DNA of 64,000 nucleotides, taken from positions 800,001-864,000 of the forward strand of contig CAXXWS020000002.1 in the NCBI GenBank assembly GCA_963665325.3. The letters are read 5' to 3'. This document shows, one piece after another, positions 29,291 to 36,661 of the stretch. The position numbers were made by a program, and so were the translations under genes. Below the pieces are notes generated by a model. It was given only the letters and a program-made list of their open reading frames with translations. It did not search any database and was not told the DNA's origin. Position 1 is the stretch's first letter, and each line of letters begins with the position of its first letter. The stretch comes from Alphaproteobacteria bacterium (GTDB lineage: Bacteria > Pseudomonadota > Alphaproteobacteria > Bin95).

Positions 29291-30246
29291 ACTGGCTCAC
29301 CGAATTCGTCCGGCCGCGCCTTCGCAGCCTCGTCCGCAAGACGGACGTGCCGGAGAACCTCTGGCTGCAATGCGACAATTGCGGCCAGATGATCTTCCAC
29401 CGCGAGCTGCACGAACTGATCAATGTCTGCCCGCATTGCGACCACCATATGCGTCTCGATGCGCCGGGCCGCCTGGCCATGCTGTTCGACCACGGTATCT
29501 ACGAGACCATCGAGCTGCCGGATGCGCCGGTCGATCCGCTCAAATTCCGCGACCGGCGCCGCTATACCGACCGCCTGAGGGATGCCCAGGCGCAGTTGAA
29601 GACGAAAGACGCCATGCGCGTGGCGCACGGCACCATCGACGACCAGCCAGCGGTTGCGGCGCTGCTCGATTTCGCTTTCATGGGCGGCTCGATGGGCATT
29701 GCCGTCGGCGAGGCGTTCCTGGCCGCGGCGCGGCTGGCGGTCGTACAGCGGGCTGCGCTGATCGCGGTCACGGCTTCCGGGGGCGCCCGGATGCAGGAGG
29801 GCATCCTGTCGCTGATGCAGATGCCGCGTACGACGATTGCGGTCGCCGAGGTCAAGGAAGCGGGGCTGCCCTATATCGTGCTGATGACCGACCCAACCAC
29901 GGGCGGCGTCTCGGCATCCTTTGCCATGCTGGGCGACATCGCCATCGCGGAGCCGGGCGCTGCAATCGGCTTTGCCGGGCAGCGGGTCATCCAGCAGACG
30001 ATCCGCGAAACCCTTCCGGAGAACTTCCAGCGCGCCGAATATCTGCACGAGCACGGCATTATCGACATGGTGGTGCACAGGCGCGAACTGCGCGGCACGC
30101 TCGGCCGGCTGCTCTCGATGCTGATGCAGCCCAAACCCGCGCCGGTCGAGGTTGACGGCGCGCCCCTGCTGGCCAATCCGGAGATCGTCGAAACGGCGGC
30201 AGCGAACGACTCCGGCGGCACCAACCCGGAGCAGATCGAGGGTTGA
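29287..30246 (+). CDS. accD: Acetyl-CoA carboxylase carboxyltransferase beta
   Basis: CxxC...CxxC zinc finger, FMGGSMG, SGGARMQEG, PTTGGVSASFA. Confidence 0.96.
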   Translation: MNWLTEFVRPRLRSLVRKTDVPENLWLQCDNCGQMIFHRELHELINVCPHCDHHMRLDAPGRLAMLFDHGIYETIELPDAPVDPLKFRDRRRYTDRLRDAQAQLKTKDAMRVAHGTIDDQPAVAALLDFAFMGGSMGIAVGEAFLAAARLAVVQRAALIAVTASGGARMQEGILSLMQMPRTTIAVAEVKEAGLPYIVLMTDPTTGGVSASFAMLGDIAIAEPGAAIGFAGQRVIQQTIRETLPENFQRAEYLHEHGIIDMVVHRRELRGTLGRLLSMLMQPKPAPVEVDGAPLLANPEIVETAAANDSGGTNPEQIEG

Positions 30247-31469
30247 GCACGCTCGATCCGGTGCTGGCGCGGTTGACGGCGCTGCATCCGAAGCTGATCG
30301 ACCTCAAGCTCGACCGGGTGCTCCGCCTTCTCGAGCGGCTGGAGAATCCCGAGCGACGCCTGCCGCCCGTCATCCATGTCGCCGGCACCAATGGCAAGGG
30401 TTCGACCGTCGCCTTCATGCGCGCCATGCTGGAAGCGGCGGACCGGCGCGTGCATGTCTATACTTCGCCGCACCTGGTCAGGTTCAACGAGCGCATCGTT
30501 GTGGCCGGCGAGATGCTTGCCGACGGCGAGCTCCTGGCGTTGCTGGAAGAGTGCGAACGGGCGAACGAAGGCAGGCCGATCACCTTCTTCGAAATCACGA
30601 CCGCGGCGGCGTTCCTCGCCTTTTCCCGCGCCCCCGCCGACGTGCTGCTGCTGGAGGTCGGCCTGGGCGGGCGGCTCGACACGACCAATGTTGTCGAACG
30701 CCCGGCGGTGACGGCGATTACGCCGGTTGCCCGCGACCACACGCAGTTCCTCGGCGAGACCCTGGCGGACATCGCTGCCGAGAAGGCGGGCATCGTCAAA
30801 CCCGGCGCGCCATTGGTTCTCGCCCCGCAGGAGGCGGAGGCGAAGGCCGTCATTCTGGCAAAGGCGGCGGATAGTGGCGCGCCGGTCTATGACGACTGGC
30901 GGGTGTCTGAAGGCGTGTTTCACGGACGCCGGATGACGCTTCCCCTGCCGAAGCTCGGCCTTGCGGGCCCGCACCAGGCGGGCAATGCCGGGCTCGCCCT
31001 TGCCTGTCTCGAAGGGTTCGACCTGCCGGAGGCGCCGCTCGTTCGCGGCCTCGAAACCGCGCACTGGCCGGCGCGGCTTCAGCGCCTCTCGGAGGCGCCG
31101 GAAATCTGGCTCGACGGCGGCCACAACCCGGCTGCGGGCCGCGTGCTGGCGGACTGGCTCGCCGGGCGGCGCCAGCGCTTCGACCTTATCGTGGGCATGC
31201 TGGACACCAAGGACCGCGACCGCTTTCTGGCTGCGCTGGCGCCGCACGTCGAGCGGGCGGTAGCGGTGCCCGTGCCCGGCAGCGATGCTTCCGTGCCGGC
31301 CGAAGCGCTGGCGGAAACGGCGCGAGCCGCCGGCATGGATGCAACGGCGGCCCCGAATGTGGAAATGGCACTGGAACGCCTGGGCGGCGCGCGGCCGGTG
31401 CTGATCGCCGGCTCGCTCTACCTTGCAGGCGCGGTGCTCGCCGGGCGCGGCGCCCGATGTTCTCTATAG
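30243..31469 (+). CDS. folC: Folylpolyglutamate synthase/dihydrofolate synthase
   Basis: HVAGTNGKGS, YTSPHL, EVGLGGRLDTTN, DGGHN, AGSLYL. Confidence 0.95.
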   Translation: MSTLDPVLARLTALHPKLIDLKLDRVLRLLERLENPERRLPPVIHVAGTNGKGSTVAFMRAMLEAADRRVHVYTSPHLVRFNERIVVAGEMLADGELLALLEECERANEGRPITFFEITTAAAFLAFSRAPADVLLLEVGLGGRLDTTNVVERPAVTAITPVARDHTQFLGETLADIAAEKAGIVKPGAPLVLAPQEAEAKAVILAKAADSGAPVYDDWRVSEGVFHGRRMTLPLPKLGLAGPHQAGNAGLALACLEGFDLPEAPLVRGLETAHWPARLQRLSEAPEIWLDGGHNPAAGRVLADWLAGRRQRFDLIVGMLDTKDRDRFLAALAPHVERAVAVPVPGSDASVPAEALAETARAAGMDATAAPNVEMALERLGGARPVLIAGSLYLAGAVLAGRGARCSL

Positions 31470-31742
31470 AGATTTATTTCCTGAATATGCTTGCAATCTG
31501 CCGGATCCGGACTATCTTCGCTCTCGCAGGAAGAACCGGAAACGAGAGCATGACCTGAGAACGATGGGCGGGGACTTACCTCCCTGGCGGCCCCAGATGC
31601 GAACCCGTAAGCGAATCGACCGCGCCGGCCGCGGACAGAACAGGTGCGCCCGCAAACGGAAAAGGTCCGGTGAGGTTTGCACGGTTTGCGCGGAAAGTGT
31701 CCGAACGGGTTGAGTCGGTCCGGCGCGAATTTGACGCCAGCG

Positions 31743-32135
31743 TCACGGTCTGCGCAGCGCTGCGGCGCGGCTCCGGCCGGGCGGCCGGCCGATCCTGCGC
31801 CTGACGCCGTGGCGCCTGAGGAAGCGCTTCATCGCGCTGTGGCTGAAAATGAGGCCGTGCTCGCAAAGCGCCGCGCACAACGCATTCACGGGCATGTCCG
31901 GGTCCGCCTCCAGAAGGCCGAATATCCGGTCCCGTTCCGCCTCGATGCGCCAGGAGCGGGTCCTGCCGGTTCCGGTCTTCGGCCGCAGGTGGCCGCGCTC
32001 GCGCTCCAGGCGTCGCCAGCCGGCGATGGTGCCCTCGCCGACGCGGAACAGCCGGGCCGCCTCCGCGCGGGTCATCCCCTCCGCCAGCGCCGCCATCACC
32101 CGAACACGCAATTCAACGGGCAGCGCTTTCCCCAT
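31743..32135 (-). CDS. Stand-alone IS630-transposase-like N-terminal HTH protein (no DDE domain)
   Basis: MGKALPVELRVRVMAALAEGMTRAEAARLFRVG...W...PD....L...L...G...S.SA..RFLRRHG matches the IS630 ORF-A pattern; GGAGG SD; no downstream DDE frame found. Confidence 0.75.
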   Translation of the reverse strand: MGKALPVELRVRVMAALAEGMTRAEAARLFRVGEGTIAGWRRLERERGHLRPKTGTGRTRSWRIEAERDRIFGLLEADPDMPVNALCAALCEHGLIFSHSAMKRFLRRHGVRRRIGRPPGRSRAAALRRP

Positions 32136-32176
32136 ATCCGCCGAACCTCCCCTGCCTGTTGGCGGTAAGCAGAATA

Positions 32177-32197
32177 GAACATTATTAGAACATTATA
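32177..32197 (-). promoter_or_regulatory. Alphaproteobacterial LexA (SOS) box abutting a TATAAT -10 hexamer
   Basis: Minus strand TATAAT-GTTC-TAATAAT-GTTC (GTTC-N7-GTTC, 32177-32191), 42 nt upstream of the HTH ATG. Confidence 0.75.
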
Positions 32198-32218
32198 AAG
32201 ACATCGCGCAGGCGGCTG

Positions 32219-32254
32219 CCCCTCTCTGTCTCTTCCCGCAAGCGGGGAGGGGGG
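32219..32254. repeat. REP-like palindromic element
   Basis: CCCCTCTCTGTCTCTTCCCGCAAGCGGGGAGGGGGG hairpin resembling the CTCCCGCAAGCGGGAG-type intergenic repeats of Alphaproteobacteria; single copy in window. Confidence 0.45.
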
Positions 32255-32273
32255 TTCCACGGCGCAGGCCGCG

Positions 32274-32678
32274 TCACGGCCAGAGCGCGTCAAGCGGGAA
32301 GGCCACCGGCTCGAAGGGGAAAGGACTTCGCACACCTAGTCGGGCGCCAGGGTCAGGTAAGCCGCGTCCGGCGGCTCCGGCATCTGCTCGCGGCGCCAGC
32401 CGGTGAGGTCGGGCACCAGGATGTCCTCGCCGAAATGGAGTTCCGGCTCGAAAACGATCCACCAGCCCCCCGGCCCGCGGCGTCCCCGCTGGAGGGGATT
32501 GTCGATTTTCTATGCCGAGAGAGGAACCGACGATGGCGTGGCGAAAGGCCGGCCGCGGCTACGTGTGCGACGCCCCCCGGACGATCTCCGCCACCATATG
32601 CGCCGGCGCGTCCAGAACGTCCCGGTAGGTCACCTTGCGGGCCGGTCCGGCCCGCCGCAACGCCGCTTTTGCGTTCAT
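32274..32678 (-). pseudogene. Uma2 (DUF820) family endonuclease pseudogene
   Basis: Reconstructed: MNAKAALRRAGPARKVTYRDVLDAPAHMVAEIVRGASHT*PRP...(+1 A at ~32506-32509)...GPGGWWIVFEPELHFGEDILVPDLTGWRREQMP...LAPD*VCEVLSPS / PFEPVAFPLDALWP*; two TAG stops, one frameshift, internal deletion. Confidence 0.85.
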
Positions 32679-32945
32679 GCTGTCCACTCCGCTCCCCGGT
32701 GACGCCACACACTACGCCCGCGCGGTCGGGCTGGCACGGCGGCGGAGCGGAGCTAAAGAATTCAAGGCAGCCTGAGAAGAGTCACCTGAGAGACCGTCGG
32801 AGAATCGTATTGGGCTAAAATCCGGTCCGGCCCTGCGTCGTGCCCGGACTCGTTCCATTGCGGTTCGGTTTGCCCGTTGGGCGAAGCCGGTTGGGGATTT
32901 TGGGGGCGCGGCGGCCCGTCGATACGCGGCCCGCCCGTCCCGCCC

Positions 32946-33266
32946 TCAGACCACCGAGTCGAGCCACTGCTTCAGCGCACTCTTGGGCATGGCGCCGACG
33001 CGCTGGGCCACCATCTCCCCGTCCCGGAACACCATGAGCGTCGGGATGCCACGCACGCCGAGCTCGCCGGGGGTCTTCGGGTTGTCGTCGATATCGAGCT
33101 TCACGACATCGAGCCGCTCTTCCATCTCGGCCGCGATATCCTCGAGGAAAGGCGCGATCTGCTTGCAGGGGCCGCACCACTCGGCCCAGAAATCGACCAC
33201 GACGGGCTTGGCCGCCTGCTTTACGTCTACGTCGAAACTTGCATCCGTCGTGTGCCGAGTGGCCAT
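32946..33266 (-). CDS. trxA: Thioredoxin
   Basis: WAEWCGPCK, GIPTL. Confidence 0.97.
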   Translation of the reverse strand: MATRHTTDASFDVDVKQAAKPVVVDFWAEWCGPCKQIAPFLEDIAAEMEERLDVVKLDIDDNPKTPGELGVRGIPTLMVFRDGEMVAQRVGAMPKSALKQWLDSVV

Positions 33267-33328
33267 TCCCGTCTCTCCTGTGGAGTCGTCCGATCTGCAC
33301 CTTCAAGTGGCTGCAAAGCGGGGTAGCG

Positions 33329-36300
33329 TCAAGGCATATATGGCGCAAGGCAGCTTTCGGGAATCGGCATCAGCAGGGGCTCGTCGGTCCAGAGCAGGGC
33401 CGCGCGCACCGGACGCTCGGGCCGCATCTGCCGCAAGAGTGCGACATAGCGCGCCAATTGCCGCAGATAGCCCACGGGCGCGTCGCTGGGACCGGCCGGC
33501 GGTGCGCGACCGCTCTTGAAATCCACGATCAGGGTTTCCTCCGGCAAGATCGCCAGCCGGTCGATGCGTGCGTTCGCGATCTCGCCGCCGATTCGGCCGA
33601 CCAGCGGCGCTTCCGCCCGGCTGCCGGGGCCGAACACGCGGCGGAAGACGGGATCGTCGAGCACGGCCAGCGCCTCGCGGGCCGTCGCCTCGGCATCGTC
33701 CGCCAGCTCCGGCTCGGCGGCGAGGAACCTGCGGGCGGTTTCGAGCCGCCGGTCGGGCGCAACATCGGGCAGCAACTCCAGCAGCTTGTGGATAGCCTGC
33801 CCCCGCCGGAACCGGCCGGCGGACCTGCCGCGCAGCGGGGAGGCGACCGTGAACGCTTCCTCGTCGCCACCGGGTGGCGCCGCGATCCGACCCGGCGCGG
33901 CGAGCCGCCGCGCCCAGCCAGGCAGGGGAGGGAGAGACCCGCGGTCCCCGGCGGGCTTCTCCGCTTCCGCTTCGGCCGCGCGCCGTTCCATGACCAGAAG
34001 GGCCTCGCCGAAGTCCGGGTCCTCTTCTTCGCTCAGAAGGTCCTGCAGCTTGCCCGACACGACGTTGTACCAACAGTCGTCGGGCAGCTTCCTGCCGCTG
34101 TTGTTCCAGCCGCAGACCACCAGCCGGTCGGCCGCACGCGTCATGGCGACATAGAGCAGGCGTCGATATTCCGCCTCGTCCTCCTCGTCGGCCCTGTCCA
34201 GCAATTCCCTGGAATACGGGTCGATCCGGTCCCTGTTCGTGGATGGCGGCCAGAGCAGTAGATCGCCGTCGCGGTAAAGGGTCCGGCGGCGGCTCGGATG
34301 GGCCGGGGCGGCGGCGGTGTCCGGCAGGATCACCACCGGCGCTTCCAGCCCCTTGGCGCCGTGGACGGTGCTCACCCTCACCTCGTCACGGTCCCGCTGG
34401 TCGAGTTGCCGCTTCACCTCCGCCTCGCCGCTCCGCAGCCATTGCAGGAAGCCCTGAAGGCTCGGCGGGTGGCGGCGCTCATAGTCGAGCGCGGCATTCA
34501 GGAACTCGTCTATCGGGTCGTTGGCCTCCTCGCCGAGGCGCGCCGCGATCTTCCGGCGGAGGCCGCCTTCCGCCAGCAGGTCCGCAAAGAAGGCATGGAC
34601 GCCGACATAGTCGGCCTTGCCGAGCAGCGCGCTGAGCGCCTCGAAGCAGGGACCGAAGCGCGCCGTCTCCCGGCACTTGCCGAGCGCGGCCCAGAGTGTG
34701 CCCTTCCGGCCGTGGGCCAGCTCGAACAGCGCCTCGTCGTCGAACCCGAACAGCGGTCCTTTCAGCACCGTCGCGAGCGTCAGGTCGTCATCCGGCAGCA
34801 GGACGAAATCGCCGATGGCGGCGAGGTCCATCACGGCAAGTTCGTCGGTCAGCGTCATGCGGTCCACGCCGGCGACGGGCACGCCCGCCTGCTTCAGCGC
34901 CGCAATGACGCGGGGGATGAAGGCCCGGCCCGAGCGGCGCGGGAGCAGGATCATGATATCGCCCGGCCGCATGGGCCGGCCGCCGGACGCTACCGGCTCG
35001 CCGTGCGTGAGCCAGCTTGCAATGCGCCGGGCGACACGGTCGGCAAGGGCGGTTTCTGCAGCGTCCTCGCGGAGATAGTGAGTGGGCGGCTCGAACGGGT
35101 CTCCCGCTTCGCCCTTCTCGCCCATTTCAAGCGGCCAGACCTCGACGCGGCCGCCGGCGCCGCTGCGGCTCGGCTTGTGGACGGGCGCCGGGCCTTCAAG
35201 GCCGAGTCCGTGCTCGCCGGAGAACACCGCGTCCACGGCTTCCAGAAGGACGGGCGCAGCGCGGAAGGAGACCTCCAGCGGGACATTCTCCCAGCGCCGC
35301 CCGGCGTCCAGCGCACGCGTCTCGAAGCGCTGGCGCATCTCCTCGAATTTCTTCGGCTCAGCGCCCTGGAAGCGGAAGATCGACTGCTTAGGGTCGCCCA
35401 CGGCGAAGAGCGTGCGCGTCTCTTCGCTCGCACCCTCGCCGGCGAAGAACTCCTGCGTCAGCGCCCCGACAAGCTCCCATTGCGTGGGGCCGGTGTCCTG
35501 CGCCTCGTCGATCAGCACATGGTCGATGCCCCGGTCCAGCTTGTAGTGTACCCAGGCGGCGGAATAGGTGCGCAGCAGGCTGAGCGCGCGTTCGATCAGG
35601 TCGTCGTAGTCGAGCAGCCCGGCCCGGCCCTTGGACCGCCGGTATTCGCTGTCCACGGCCTCGCCAAGCGCCAGCGCCGCCTCGGATGCCCTGAGCGTGG
35701 CTTCGATCCGGCGGTATTCGTGCAGCCGCTCGATCCGCTTGCGCTCGTCGGTCAGCAGGCCCGGCAGGGCTTCGCCTCCGGCAAGCTTCGCCGAACCGAT
35801 CCTGTCCCGCCGCTCGCCGTCCGACTTGAAGAAGACCTTGTAGACCTCCTCGATATCGTCATTGGAAGGCTCGTCGGTCTTCGCCCAGTGCCGCAGCCTT
35901 GCGGCGTGCTGCTTGTCGGTTACGCCCCCGCCCGCCAGGACAGACGCGGCTTCCCGGAGCGCCTTTATCCCTTTCTTGGTACGCTTGGGAACGTCCGGCA
36001 GGACCAGCTTCGCTTCCAGCGCGGCGAGGGCTTGCGGACCGAAGGCGCTGCGATTGCCCAGCAATTCGGCGATGAAGGCGCGGATATTGTATTCCGACAG
36101 ATTGTCGGCGATCTCGGCGATGGCTTCGTCGATTTTTTCGTCATGCCGTTCCAGCACGGCGTCCCGCGCGCCCGCCTGTCTCGCCTGTGTCTCGCGCTCG
36201 TCGGCAAGCTGGAACCAGGGCGAGATTCCAGCCTCGATGGGGAAGCGCCCGAGCAGGCCCTGGCAGAAGGCGTGGATCGTGTCGATGCGAAGCCCGACCG

Positions 36301-36661
36301 GCGCATCGACCGTGCGGGCGAAGAGACGTCTTGCGCGGTTCTTCGTTTCTCCGTCCGGGGCCCTGGCGCCCAGCCGGGCCAGAGCCGTGTCGAGCTCTTC
36401 GTCCGGGGCCGTTGCCCAGCCGGCCAGCTCGCGCTCTATGCGGATGCGCATTTCGGCAGCGGCGGCGCGGGTGTAGGTGAGGCAGAGGATGCGTTCCGGC
36501 AAGACGCCCCGGAGCAGCAGCGCCAGCACACGGTCCGCAAGCACCTTGGTCTTGCCGGAACCCGCATTCGCGTCCACCCAGGCGGACGCCTCCGGATCGG
36601 CGGCCCGGCGCTGCTGTGCGGTCGCGGCCTCGACGGCCGGGTTCAGACCCGCCTGGACCAT
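33329..36661 (-). CDS. addA: Double-strand break repair helicase/nuclease AddA
   Basis: ANAGSGKT, DEAQD, VGDPKQSIFRFQGA, TVHGAKGLE, YVAMTRA, IDRL..VDFKS. Confidence 0.95.
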   Translation of the reverse strand: MVQAGLNPAVEAATAQQRRAADPEASAWVDANAGSGKTKVLADRVLALLLRGVLPERILCLTYTRAAAAEMRIRIERELAGWATAPDEELDTALARLGARAPDGETKNRARRLFARTVDAPVGLRIDTIHAFCQGLLGRFPIEAGISPWFQLADERETQARQAGARDAVLERHDEKIDEAIAEIADNLSEYNIRAFIAELLGNRSAFGPQALAALEAKLVLPDVPKRTKKGIKALREAASVLAGGGVTDKQHAARLRHWAKTDEPSNDDIEEVYKVFFKSDGERRDRIGSAKLAGGEALPGLLTDERKRIERLHEYRRIEATLRASEAALALGEAVDSEYRRSKGRAGLLDYDDLIERALSLLRTYSAAWVHYKLDRGIDHVLIDEAQDTGPTQWELVGALTQEFFAGEGASEETRTLFAVGDPKQSIFRFQGAEPKKFEEMRQRFETRALDAGRRWENVPLEVSFRAAPVLLEAVDAVFSGEHGLGLEGPAPVHKPSRSGAGGRVEVWPLEMGEKGEAGDPFEPPTHYLREDAAETALADRVARRIASWLTHGEPVASGGRPMRPGDIMILLPRRSGRAFIPRVIAALKQAGVPVAGVDRMTLTDELAVMDLAAIGDFVLLPDDDLTLATVLKGPLFGFDDEALFELAHGRKGTLWAALGKCRETARFGPCFEALSALLGKADYVGVHAFFADLLAEGGLRRKIAARLGEEANDPIDEFLNAALDYERRHPPSLQGFLQWLRSGEAEVKRQLDQRDRDEVRVSTVHGAKGLEAPVVILPDTAAAPAHPSRRRTLYRDGDLLLWPPSTNRDRIDPYSRELLDRADEEDEAEYRRLLYVAMTRAADRLVVCGWNNSGRKLPDDCWYNVVSGKLQDLLSEEEDPDFGEALLVMERRAAEAEAEKPAGDRGSLPPLPGWARRLAAPGRIAAPPGGDEEAFTVASPLRGRSAGRFRRGQAIHKLLELLPDVAPDRRLETARRFLAAEPELADDAEATAREALAVLDDPVFRRVFGPGSRAEAPLVGRIGGEIANARIDRLAILPEETLIVDFKSGRAPPAGPSDAPVGYLRQLARYVALLRQMRPERPVRAALLWTDEPLLMPIPESCLAPYMP

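Noticed and set aside
31743-32135. Complete active IS630 element
   Set aside because: No DDE catalytic ORF, slippery A-run or paired terminal inverted repeats could be found.
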